Shown: positions 12,151-24,300 of the stretch, piece after piece
Numbering within the stretch: position 1 is the stretch's first letter
How the letters are laid out: the number at the start of each line of letters is the position of its first letter
Source: Styela clava
Lineage: Eukaryota
Assembly (NCBI RefSeq): GCF_964204865.1
Contig: NC_135252.1
Location: 19,840,001-19,904,000 of the forward strand
Length of the DNA stretch: 64,000 nt
Direction of reading: 5' to 3'
Made by a program: the position numbers and the translations under genes
Notes under the pieces: generated by a model
The model's database searches: none
Seen by the model: only the letters and a program-made list of their open reading frames with translations
Told to the model about the DNA's origin: nothing

Positions 12151-14049
12151 TTAATTTTGTTGGTCCATTTCATCCATCGCCTCCAAAAAATCGAAAACAT
12201 CTTCATCTGAAAAAATGGTAAATTTTGGTGCCAAGTTAGCAACGACTTTATCATTGTGATATAGATAAATTTATGAACATATTTATTTCGCAAAGAATTA
12301 TAAAACAAATATTTCTAAACAGCGAAAAAATCTACATTTTCTTGTCGACTAGCTCGGTAGCTGAATCATTTCGCATGAGCCAAATTTCGGATATTCTCTA
12401 GCTCGCAAAATCGTTCGGAAATAAAAAAAAAATTATGCAATATTCAAAGATCAAAGGACGCAAAATTTTGTCACATTTTGCTTAACCAAAAGGTAGGCTG
12501 GCAGCTATAAAGGCAGTGATGATTAGCAAAAGGCCCGTTAAACTCACCCTGACTCTCTGCCATGTCTGCGCCATTTTGATCGTTGTATTGAATTTCTTCG
12601 TCACCTCTCGAACCCTGTATAGTAATGTTGTATTTGGGGTTTCATGTGATATATCTTCTATCGTCTAATTAATGCGGATTTGGCTATATATGGTCAACAA
12701 ATCGTGTTTTTTATTTGAAAATGTGGATTTATGTTTAAATGTTAAAATCTACATATTTCCATCGATGTAAAGCAAATCATTGTATGCTACGTAGGTTATT
12801 GAAATCCATGTATTTGTATCAATTTCGAATAAATTAATATTTTTGTGATTAACATATAGTTTGCGCAAATAAAAAAAAAAGCTTGCAAAAGCGATTTCAG
12901 TTTTAAAGATGTATTGACATTATTACAATCAAACTAAAAAATCATATATATACAAAATTAGTGACACATTTTGTGGACATTTTTCAATTAAATATACAAA
13001 TCACACCGTAATCATAGGCTGCATATATGGCAATCACAATTCTGATAATCGTTCTTCGACGGATGAAAAATTGTGCTCTAATTATATTGAGCAATTGAAA
13101 TAATTTTTTGAGATGCTTTTAAAAACATTTAGAATAAAAATAAAATAACTTCTTGAATTAATAGGAGAAAAAAAAATTAGGTTGCTGTAATATTTGTTTC
13201 AAAAACAAATCAAATTACTTAATCTTAAATAAGCTATGGGAAACATACCGTGATACTTGGATATGGCTTCACGAACGGTGGAGGTGGACAACGTGTGTAA
13301 TGATATGGGTATCTGCCGGGAATGCATATCCTGTGAAAATGTCAAATAACTAAATTGAATAAAATTTATTTGTCATATATTTGGAAAATCATTTATATAT
13401 TTATGTTTTTTTTTATTAGATGGTATGCTAGGAACTGATATTTTGGGAAAGAGTATCCAGCTCGGCATTGTCTACCTAATTCAAACCTCGAGTGAGGCCG
13501 TGGGCATGGGTTTTGAACAAAGTCGTGTAACTTGCGATGCCAACAAGTGAAGTCTAACAATTTAGCCGCTTGGCCATCGCGCATAAAGAAAATAAATGAA
13601 ATTATTAAGATATGGAATCGCCCATTGTATAAAACAAGTTTTTTTTTTTTGTAAAATACCTGAAATATTGATTATATTTGAAAAGTTTCTTCGATAAATA
13701 AAAAGTTTGCGTTTCAAGTACTGCAATTTAAAGTGCGAATGCCACAGCGTTTATTCGTGGTAACTTGTAAGACATTATCAAAATTAGAGTTATCACAACA
13801 AACACTATTTGTATTGAACTACGAAGCGTAAATAGATAATAGATAATATAAAGGTCACCTAAAAGGTGTTCTCCGTCTATTTCTCCTGGCGTAATCAATC
13901 CCTCTTTTGGTTAGCTTAAAAACTCTCCACCACAATCGCCATGACAACTTTTTTGGTGCTTTGCCTCTTTGCGTTTTCTTGACTGAACTTTCAGAAAGTG
14001 ATGCCATGACCATCGCGACAAGTAACAAACCGAAAAAGATATACTTCAT
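12151..14049 (-). CDS. Antimicrobial-peptide-like prepropeptide gene B (131 aa), paralogue of gene A
   Basis: Exons 14049-13859, 13330-13249, 12614-12548, 12206-12151, GT-AG, phases 2,0,1. Protein: MKYIFFGLLLVAMVMASLSESSVKKTQRGKAPKKLSWRLWWRVFKLTKRGIDYARRNRRRTPFRICIPGRYPYHYTRCPPPPFVKPYPSITGSRGDEEIQYNDQNGADMAESQDEDVFDFLEAMDEMDQQN*. Exons 3 and 4 have the same lengths as in gene A (67 and 56 nt). Confidence 0.85.
13425..13582 (-). mobile_element. tRNA-derived SINE-like fragment in intron 1 of gene B
   Basis: A box TGGCCAAGCGG and degenerate B box GTTCAAAACC. Confidence 0.45.
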
Positions 14050-14541
14050 GGTGTTATATTGAAACACGTTTACAGTATATATATATATATAAAGATTATA
14101 TAATAATCTGTCCACAAAGCGGATTGAAATATTAGTTATGCTGCTTTTAATCACCATGTTACTTTAATTTACACACGCGAAAATTTAATATTAGGAATAG
14201 TTGCGCTAAAAATACCTACTCAGCAAAAGTTATTGCTGTATTAGAAAACAAATCATGTTGATTTTTGCACCGCAAATATTGAGTCGCTTTTAGTATGCTG
14301 CTTTTTATCCATATAGTATTTTTATATTACTCCTATGAAAAATCTAAATATACAAATAAGAATGCTAGCGCTGTATCAAATGCCCAAGAGCGATAGTTTT
14401 AACTATAAAAAAATATCTTGTTGTTCTTGGTAAAGTTTATCGCCAATAAAACGCAATTTAAAATTTGATATAAGTTACATCATGCATTCATAGTTGTTAA
14501 CAAGTCATTAAATAAAAAAAAATATCAATCGTAACACCTAA

Positions 14542-14650
14542 AAGCACTGATGCTTCTAGAGTAATTATCCAACAAACTCTATTTTATATAGATGGCCGTT
14601 AAAAAAATGAAAAAGGCGCACCGCTCTTTTTTTCTTATGAATCATATGCA
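14542..14650 (-). promoter_or_regulatory. Putative promoter of gene B
   Basis: TATATAAA on minus strand at 14583-14590, with the same conserved blocks as upstream of gene A. Confidence 0.5.
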
Positions 14651-14783
14651 TTTAGCATATAGACATGTTAAAAGTAACATTGATTTTAATGTAATTGTAT
14701 TTTATCGTGTTATATATTATTGAGTACACTGATAAGGTGACAAGAATCGTGTATTGGTCATGGTACCAACGCATACAATAGGC

Positions 14784-15952
14784 TAGGCGTCGGCAACCCC
14801 CGGCACGCGTGCCAATCGTGGCTCGCGAGGTGATATTACTCGCCACGAGGCGTCGTGAAAATTTTTCCAAAAACACGTTATCAATTTATCATACATTCTG
14901 TGCAAAACACGTGGTTATATTTATTGTGTTTTATCTGTTTCCTTCTTCATTATAATTTTTAGACACGAAATGAAACTATCGATTGTTATTGTGTTGTTGT
15001 TGTTCCTATTGTTGTTAGGAATTTTCTTCCTATTGTTATGAGAGAATCACTGTTTTCAATCACTGCACCAATAGCTGTTTTATTCTGTTTTCAACCGTGA
15101 TGCATCGTAGTCATTTCACGGCTGATAATTCCAAAGCTTGTGTTCAGCTAAAAGTCACAAATTACAAACCAAATATTGATACATTGAGTGGAGAAAATAA
15201 AGTACAAGAGTCCCACTAAATCAATATGGTATTGTGATTATGTTTGTGTTTATATGTAATAAAAACAAGAGAGTTATTCCCAGAAAACCATATGCGGTAC
15301 GGTAACCTACCAGTACCGTACCTGTAGACTTATCATGGTCCTGTAACGGTTCTAGCTTTTCCAGGTCCTGTTACGATGATCCTTTCTTCATTATTCAGTT
15401 TCAACGTGAATAAAAATATCAATCGATCCGAGTCACTACCGCATTAAATCTTTATTTGTATTTATTTTATAAATACAGCCCCCCTCCCGCCTGCGCGGGG
15501 GAGGCTAGGGTTACTGGCGTATGCACCATGGATAAATTAATAAAAGTACATGAAAATAAAAGTAAATTAAAATAACAGCACCAAGTATCGTAGTCTACCG
15601 TTCCCAATAAAAAGTTCCTTCGACATTTGCTAAACATCATATATGCTGATATTTTGCCTTCGCGGAACAGACACAGGTGCCCAATTTTTGATGACGTTAT
15701 CAAATTTTATAAATAAATAAAAGTAATAGCCTTCTGGGGAAAATCGAACAATCTTCAACCACTGAAAATTCTGAAGCAATTGATTCAGTGATACAAGAAA
15801 AAGGCGACTTTTTCACAACAAGAAAATGACGTCATAGCTCACAAAAACGAATCCGAAAAATTTCACAAAATTTTTTGAAATGAATTAAAGTAATAATCTT
15901 ATAGCTGTATTGTGCCCAGGTCTGATTGAAAAAAAAAGGTTGCCGCCCTCCT
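14784..15952 (+). mobile_element. Internally deleted hAT (Charlie-like) element with transposase C-terminal remnant
   Basis: Ends TAGGCGTCGGCAACC / GGTTGCCGCCCTCC (degenerate). About 15104-15219 translates HRSHFTADNSKACVQLKVTNYKPNIDTLSGENKVQESH*, typical of hAT transposase termini. Confidence 0.6.
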
Positions 15953-16460
15953 TAACCCCGTCCGAACCCTACTTGAATTTTTTTTGTACACTTCCATCCA
16001 CTTACTAAGTGAGATAAAAAGGTGAAAGGAGTCGTGTTTCGGCCATACTACCCATGCATATAGACCATACATATATTCATAATTTTACAAATAGTTTTTA
16101 CCTCTTTAACGCCGTCCCAACCCTACTCGATGTGTTTCTTGTACACTTACTTTCAATAACTTACTAAGTGAGATAGGAAGGTGAAAGGAGTCGTGTTTCG
16201 GCCATACTACCCATGCATATAACAGTCCATACAGGTATCCAGAATTTACAAATAATATTCAGGGATTTAACGTCAGTTGAACCTTACTTAACATGTTTGC
16301 GTGTACAATAATTTTCGCTCACGTACTGAGTGAGATAGAAAAGGGGAAAGGGGTCTTGTTTTGGTAATGCTATCAATATATACAATAGATCATATAGCGG
16401 TAGCCATAATTATCAAATAACGTTTTTGTCTGCAACCCCAATTAAACTCTACTTGTAAGC
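15953..16460. repeat. Degenerate tandem repeat, unit ~150-165 bp, 3-3.5 copies
   Basis: Recurring ACTTACTAAGTGAGATA..AAGGTGAAAGGAGTCGTGTTTCGGCCATACTACCCATGCATATA. A diverged monomer lies upstream of gene A (about 9095-9230). Confidence 0.8.
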
Positions 16461-17511
16461 TTACTCTTATTGTGGTTATAGCGTGTTAGAGGATATACCC
16501 TGACAATCAATGCAAGAAAAATATGGTCGATAACTATAACCTCTTTACCCGTGTATTACCACATAATCGTGAGCATGTATATCCATGTCAAGGTCAAATA
16601 AAGCACAACCGGTTTTGGCAACACGATGTAATGTGCCGACGTCTATATTCAAGAAGCCTGCAACCTACCCATGTACGCGTAATTGTGTACTCCCGAAGTA
16701 TGAGAACCATGACGGCGGTCACCGGGACGTAGTATTTGTACCAGGTTAACGTTAGGCTTAATTTTATTGCAATGTTTCTTATTTTTGTTCTATTACAAAT
16801 CTGGGGACTAGCCAAGTGACTCCTGTAGTACTTGTATCTGAAATTATGGCCTACCCTAAGTGGTACACATACTACGTTCATACGTACGTAGGTAATTAGC
16901 GCATGATTGCCACCAGATATGTCAATATTGGGGATAAATAAAGCACAACCGGTGTTAAGAAACCAAGACGTTGGCCGAGGTTTCGAAATGGTACTTCCGT
17001 AGTATATGTACCAGGTTAGGGTTAGACCATAATTCTATTCTGATTTTCCTTATTCTAGTTCTATTACGAGTTCTAGGACTTTCTGTGTTAGCCAAATGAA
17101 TATACCCCATTTCTATAGGTTTCAGTCCCTTTACACAACTTGATGTAGGCGAACGAAATTAGTTACAATTCATATTGGTACACACACTTCTGGAACGCCG
17201 TCGAAATTATTATATTTAGAAAAACTTCCTATGGCATGATACAGGAAATGTAGAAACTCTAAACGTCGACAAATTACATCGGTTTGCTGACACCGGTTGT
17301 GCTTCATTTATCCTCGACATAACCTGTTATTGACATCGCACTGAGCATATATAAGTCGGTATATGCTATGCTTCCTTTCTATTGTAAGGCCAACGTGTTC
17401 TCACAATAATGTCACAATCGTCGATAACCTGTATAGGAAGAAAACTGAGCGGTTATGAACTTTCGATATTTGTCAGAAAAAGGTTTACCTGACCGCTTAC
17501 TGGCTAGCAAA

Positions 17512-17842
17512 AAGACGATAATATTGGTTAGAGACCGAAGACTTATCGATCGAAAATTAGGGCATCCCTCAAACCCCAAAACAGCGCTCCTACTCCATAG
17601 TGACACCTTGTGTCCCATCACTAATTAATTATTGATTCGCTAATTATACGACATAATTCATCCAAAATCAATAGGCTTCTGGTCCGACATATGATGAATG
17701 CACATGCAAAATCTGGAGCAGATTCAATCTCGCTTTCGTGAGATATCGCGTGCATCTAACAGACAAACAGACAGACAAACAGGCAAACAGACAAACAGAA
17801 AAATACCTATCAACATACTTACCGATTAAAATCGATAAGTAA
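17512..17842. mobile_element. Helentron/HINE-like element, copy 3
   Basis: Same family sequence and termini. Confidence 0.65.
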
Positions 17843-19834
17843 TAAGGTCAATAAAATACTGTTTTCAAATGAAGTATGAGGTATTTGTGACATACGAACA
17901 ACTTTTCTTTCTTTCTATTTTTTCCAGTTTTCAGACGTATTTGTACAATATATTGTTCAAACATATTCCCGCAGAAACTAAGTTGGTTGCGATTTTTCGT
18001 TTTAAATTATTGAGTTTAATGAAAACTGGTATAACAGTTTACTGATGCTTGATTTCAAATGCGAAACGACGTGTCCACACATATTATGTGTTTTTTTTAT
18101 TTCATTTCTTCGTCAACCACGCACATGTCTACAATGCATTATTAGCCCGACCTGTTGAACTAAAAAAAAAAAATTTATATCAAAAGGATGTGCGACATTA
18201 TAAAACAAAATTGGTAGAAATCTACTTTATTGTTATTTATATGAGCTACAATATGGCATTATCCATCTATAAACTATATTGATATTAAAATTATGGTCGG
18301 TTGAAACCTTCTCACCGAATACTTGCAAATAATAGAAGAGGTTGCGCGACTTTATAGAATAGAGTTTGGTTGAAATGTACTGAATGAAATGTTGAAATGT
18401 TTTTTATTCGTATCCTAACATGATTATTGATAAATCTGTTAATGTTAAATAATCTCAGCATTACAACTATTGACAGTACAACCTGTATCAGACGATGCCT
18501 GTATTTTATGTCAAAAGTGGATGTGTGACATTATAAGCCAGTTCCGTCGACTTCTTTCTACTTCATAGGAATCTTGACACGTCGTGTACATTGTATTATA
18601 TTTACGGATACAACTGGGAGATATATGCAAGAGGGATGCACTAGTGTAGAAGTTTTGTTATTTTATCCTACACTAGCTACTGTAAAACATTCTAAGAAAT
18701 TTAAACTTACCATAACTGGTAGCTTACAATGAAAACATGTTAAAATATTATTTGAGGATTATAACCAATCAAGTCTATGCATCTGAAACATTATTTTAAG
18801 CGCCGATTCACGAATCGGCGTGCAATGTACTTTATGCTGTTTTTTGTTCTTTGTTGTTCCTTCCTTCCCCCGGGCTAAATGCGGCCCGCGATGAAAAATT
18901 GTTCGGCCCACGGAGAAGTGTATTATGTAAAATAGAAACTAATCCAGTTCGGAATCGAAGCTTATTACTAATATTGATGCTTTTGGCAAAGGTCATTAGG
19001 TCAGAAATTTTATCTTCGGCAGATTTACATTTTCAACCCGGAAGTAAAAGACCTTTGACCTGGTCGCCATCCGCACTACGACAAGTGCGGTCACTTTGGA
19101 TATGATATACGCCGATTCTTAGATCAGAGCTTAAAATAATGTTTCAGATGCATGGACTTGCTTAACGCTTAACCTTCAAGGAGTGAATATTTTAATTCCA
19201 AACCATCATTTGTGATATGTTTAAATTGTCGACATTTCTCAATTTGTAGTTTGAAGGAGGGACCATAAAAATACAGGTACTCCTGTAGTATGCGAAACAA
19301 GAAGACGGGCACCGGAACGTGGTATGTTTACCGGGTTAGATTGTCCGCCATATTGGTTCACATACTTCGGGGGTACCCATATTTGTAATCTCTGATTATC
19401 CGTTACTCACTCATTGAGTAATTAAGTAATAAGCTACAAAAGATTCTAGTTTGATGTGTTTTTTCTTCGTTAATTCCATAAATGTCTCACACAAATTGCC
19501 AAACCGTTTTGACTCAAAGATGTTAAAGATAATTCATCGATATTAGTTTTTCGTGCGATATACTTGCAATTAATACCATGGTGAACAAAATATAAATATC
19601 ATTTTTCACCCTAATAAATCTCATTTTTTTAAATAATATAATATATATATATATATTATATTATACGGAACATTAATATAGTAACGTCAATTTCACCCAT
19701 GCTCAAATAATTCACACTATCTATATAAATATAGGCTGTGCGCACTTAGATTATTTTTTTTCAACAGGTTTCGATATATAACTCATTTTAGTTGCGATCT
19801 ACTTCAGCAGCTTCATAGATTAATTAGGGTTTGC

Positions 19835-19877
19835 GCTTTGCGCAGTGGCAGTATCGTAACCAATGAGGTTTATCGAG
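19835..19877 (+). ncRNA. U4: 5' fragment of U4 snRNA (nt ~2-45), retrocopied; not a complete gene
   Basis: GCTTTGCGCAGTGGCAGTATCGTAACCAATGAGGTTTATCGAG versus metazoan U4 5' end AGCUUUGCGCAGUGGCAGUAUCGUAGCCAAUGAGGUUUAUCCGAG: about one substitution and one 1-nt gap. The rest of U4 is absent from the window. Confidence 0.9.
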
Positions 19878-19920
19878 CTATCTGTTTGATTAAAATGAAC
19901 ATCTGCTATTGTTATCATCA

Positions 19921-19943
19921 ATTGGAATACTTTGGATTGTAAG
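19921..19943 (+). other. Spliced-leader-like 23-mer ahead of ORF1
   Basis: ATTGGAATACTTTGGATTGTAAG begins ATT and ends AAG like ascidian SL exons. It resembles the Halocynthia-type SL, recalled from memory as ATTGGAGTATTTGGTTGTATTAAG (needs verification). It is not followed by a GT donor and ends 32 nt before the ORF1 ATG. Confidence 0.6.
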
Positions 19944-19975
19944 CTATTTTGGATATTCGTTCTTGGATACTGAAA

Positions 19976-21271
19976 ATGGATTACTCCGCAGCTCTTACAG
20001 GATCAATAGGGATTACAGGTAATCGCCCTCGATCGGTTGTGGCAGAGGTGAGTGATTCTATTGATATAAACCGATTTCTCTACATCTTGGGAGAAAACCC
20101 TATAACAAAAGGATATGTCGAACACCTGTCAGGAATTTTTGAAACTAGACCGAAAATTTGGTTGATATCTTTCAAACAGTTGAACCCAACAAATCCAAAT
20201 GATTCAGTTAGAGACAAATTTATTGTAGAAACGCAAAATGGCATTAAAGTCGATGGTGTAATAGTACGCTTTTTTCCACCCACAAAACCTCCAACAAGGA
20301 TTAGCATTCGCGATATCCCAGACGAATCACGACCACAAGTCGTTTTCGAAGCTCTGAATAAGGCTGGATGCGGAAAAATTAAAAACATGACCAAACTATA
20401 CTACCGAAACACTCAACTATTCAACGGATATATAGCCGTATGGATAGATGATTTTAAACAGGAAAAACTGCCCCCCTTTCTTGTCATTGACAAAGCTAGG
20501 TGCAAAACCTACGTACCCACCGAGTTGTACAATCCAACATGCATGAACTGCCTTGATACTGGTCATAATGCAAGAAATTGCCGAAATAAAACGAAATGTA
20601 GGTCGTGCAAAATTGAAGGTCACGTTCAGGCAAATTGCCCCCTAAAATCCAATGTGAGACCGAATAACATGGAATCCTGGTTTAAGGAATCGATATCCAC
20701 AAAACCTGGAATAGTATCACATGTAGGAGAAAAAGAAGATGCAATACCAAACAATAACACCACACCAGAAATAGGAGTAAACCAAATTCCAGAAGCAGTG
20801 TTCCCAACTTCAAAATCCGACACAATATCTGATACGGATTTGTTATACGAAGAAGTAAAAGATTGGTCTCTATCAGAAGACAATACTATAACAACACCCA
20901 AAAAGCGCACTCCACCTCGCAAAACAGTCCCGAAGCCTAAATTAAAACCTACATCCACAATAGGGAACACTCCAATTAGACCCCCAGTAATTGGCAAATC
21001 GTATGTAAACATGGTAATTAACGACTTCGAGATTAGAGACAGCACGTCATCATCAGTATTCTCAGACATACTTCAAAGTAACTCGGCACCGGCATACCTA
21101 GAGAACCCAGATAGCACGTATGAAACAGACCCATCACAAACACCCAGACTTGAACCTACTATGAACAAAACCGAAAAACAGATTGGAAAACGGGGAAGAG
21201 AAAATACTTCCTCGTCGACAACGTCGAATATATCACCCTCGCCAAAAAAGGGGAAAGACAATAAAACATAG
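19976..21271 (+). CDS. Retrotransposon ORF1 (gag-like nucleic-acid-binding protein, two CCHC zinc knuckles)
   Basis: CMNCLDTGHNARNC and CRSCKIEGHVQANC motifs with a low-complexity S/T/P/K tail. First in-frame ATG is 19976; the track start 19949 is a TTG. Confidence 0.92.
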   Translation: MDYSAALTGSIGITGNRPRSVVAEVSDSIDINRFLYILGENPITKGYVEHLSGIFETRPKIWLISFKQLNPTNPNDSVRDKFIVETQNGIKVDGVIVRFFPPTKPPTRISIRDIPDESRPQVVFEALNKAGCGKIKNMTKLYYRNTQLFNGYIAVWIDDFKQEKLPPFLVIDKARCKTYVPTELYNPTCMNCLDTGHNARNCRNKTKCRSCKIEGHVQANCPLKSNVRPNNMESWFKESISTKPGIVSHVGEKEDAIPNNNTTPEIGVNQIPEAVFPTSKSDTISDTDLLYEEVKDWSLSEDNTITTPKKRTPPRKTVPKPKLKPTSTIGNTPIRPPVIGKSYVNMVINDFEIRDSTSSSVFSDILQSNSAPAYLENPDSTYETDPSQTPRLEPTMNKTEKQIGKRGRENTSSSTTSNISPSPKKGKDNKT

Positions 21272-21308
21272 AAAGTATAAAATAAAAATCATCTACAAGA
21301 CCCAATAT

Positions 21309-24300
21309 ATGACTGAAAATCTATCACAATTAAAAATAATCTCACTGAACGTAAACGGACTGGAAAAAAATTGGAATAAACTTAAAATCTTCATAACTTA
21401 TCACAACCCAGACATTATTGCTTTACAAGAAGTCCACAGAGTTAAAAGAGACGTTTCCGAGAACCGACTTCAAAACATGGGGTACAGATTATTTATTAAC
21501 TCACTGACCGACTTCGATAAGAGGGATGACCAAAGATTCTTCCAAGGCACCGCCACTGCAATAAGAGAAAACTTATGTGCAACGCACAGCTTTGAATATG
21601 TTACATTCATACCTTGTAGAGCGTGTTCGACAACAATGACGAACTTACAAACCAAAGACAAGCTATCGCTAGTAAATGTTTATGCACCTCCCAGAAGAGG
21701 CGACAGAAAAACTAGAATGTTCTACGAAAAGCTGATAAACTTAGTGAGAGAGATCAAGCATATTCAAATAATTTGCGGTGACTTTAACATGGTTCATCAG
21801 AAAATAGACGTCAGCAACCAAAACTCATTTACACTAGGGAACACAGAAATGCAATGGAAAGACTTTATACAAGCTTACAACTACATAGACACGTATAGAT
21901 ATCACTGGCCCGATAAAAGATTATATACAATTACCAGGAGAAGACAATCCCGACGAATAGATCGAATATATATTCCGTACAACATTAGTCATGAATTGAA
22001 AAATACAGAATATTTAGTAAACACCGTTTCAGACCACCACTTTGCATCACACATCACTTTCAAAAATATTAAACAAGTTAACTGGGGACGGGGAACCTGG
22101 AAAAACAATACAGCTCATTTTAGGCACGAAAAAGTCAGGTTTTTGATAAATGAGATATACAAAAAAGAAGAACAAAGAAAACACGAATATGAAATACTTG
22201 CCGACTGGTGGGACAACTTGAAGACCAAAATTAAAAAAAGCCTCCTCCAACACGGAATTAACGAAGCAAAGGTAAAGAAACAAAATGAAAGCAGGTGGAA
22301 AAATGAAATTCTAAATAGCATGAACAAGTCACCATCAAACCAAGCAATATATATACTCATTAAAAACCTAAAACAAATGGAAAAAGAAAAAGTGATGTTT
22401 AAACAAAATACAGCAAAAATCAAAGCATTAGAACAAAACGAAAGACCAACAAAATATTTCTTTGACAAATTGAAAACTAGAAGACGTAAAACCACTATAG
22501 ACAGACTACAAAACAAAGAAGGAAATTATTTAAAAACAAAAAACGAAATTTTGGAAGAAGCGCAAACATTCTATAAAACACTATGGACACAAACAACACC
22601 AGGTGAGGAAGATAGAATGGAAGAATACCTCAACATATATGGGGAAACTAAGCTTAGCACTGAAGAAAAGGAACAAATGGGGACCTTAGCTTCAAAAGAA
22701 GAACTTCTCGTGACTTTAAAACAAATGAATAACTATAAAACACCGGGACCAGACGGACTATCAAAGGAATTTTACGTTGAATTTTGGGAAATTTTGAAGA
22801 ATGACTTGCACCAGCTAGTAAACAATGCTATCGCTTTCGGCACCTTACCCACCAGTAGCAAAGAATCGATAGTCACCCTTATCTATAAAAAAGGAAATTC
22901 AAATCACCTATCTAACTACCGGCCCATATCTAACCTAAATGTAGATTTTAAACTGATATCAAAAATATTAGCTAACCGATTGAAACCTATCTTGGATAAA
23001 TATATAATGCCAACACAGAAAAGCGCAATTCCTAAACGATCTATATTTGATAATTTACGAAACGTTCAAGGAATATGGAATTATACAACAAAATGGAACC
23101 TACCTTTATATATAATCAGTTTCGATCAGGAAAAAGCTTTTGATATGGTTAACCAACGTTTTTTATTCAAAACCATGACCAAACTAAACTTCAACAAAAA
23201 TATCATTAACTTAATCAAAGAAATGTACAATCGGATATACAGCAGAATACAAATTAACGGGGCTAAAACCAATAAAATCTTTCTGACAAGAGGAATCAGA
23301 CAAGGCTGTCCATTGAGCATGGCAATGTACACCTTAGCCGCTGACCCATTGGCAAGAAAAATCATCGCGAACCAAAAGATAAAAGGATTCAACATCGGAA
23401 AATACAAAACCGTAATTGATCAATTTGCAGACGACAATACAACATACGCGCGAGACATTGAATCGATAGAACACACCTTCAACGAATTTAAGACTTACGA
23501 ATTAATAACGGGACAAAAAATAAATGAGAAAAAAACTGAAATATTATGTACTAACCAAATCGCAATGCAAAAACTTAAAACCTCGCCGTACAACAAATTC
23601 ATGAAACCAAATATAAAAGTTTTAGGCCAAATTATAGGACCCCAACAGACGGAAAAAACTTGGGATGAAATCCTCAAAAGACTTAGGAACACCCTGGAAG
23701 TTAATAAGCAGAGACAATTGACGTGGATAGGTAAATTCCAAATTTTAAATGCCTTGTGTATATCGCAGGTAATATACCACGCTAGAGTAGTGAATGTACC
23801 ACCAATCTACATACGGAAACTGAACACACTTTTCTTTGACTTCATCTGGCACCCAGAAAGCTTTCAGCTATTGGCACAAAATAAATTAACAGCCGATTAC
23901 TACAATGGAGGATTAAATGCCCCATGCATAAAAACAAAAATACAGGCATGTCTTCTGGAAAAAATAAAAACATTGAAAGCAATAACAGAACCTAAAGAGA
24001 TATGGCACGCAATAGCCCTTTATGACATTGGCACGAAGATAAAGAGAATAAATCCCAAACTTTACACCAACCAGATGCCCCATGCCCTCGAAACCCCAAA
24101 GCACTGGAAAGATTGCATTCAGTTAACCGAAAAAATAGGCATAAAAGAAGAAAAATGGACAGACATTTCTTTCAAACAAATTTACCAGACGATCTTGAAA
24201 TCAAACCAATCGGGAAGAAGAAAAGGGGAAGAAACACAAACATGCACCAATTGGAAAGAGATTCTAAGTAAAGAAAAAGACATAAAAAATATAATAACAA

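Noticed and set aside
19825-19831. Telomere-repeat targeting because the TSD contains TTAGGG
   Set aside because: A single hexamer with no array; not distinguishable from chance.
19835-19980. Functional U4 snRNA gene, or insertion into a resident U4 gene
   Set aside because: Only about 43 nt match, the 3' part of U4 is not found after the element, and the fragment lies inside the TSD.
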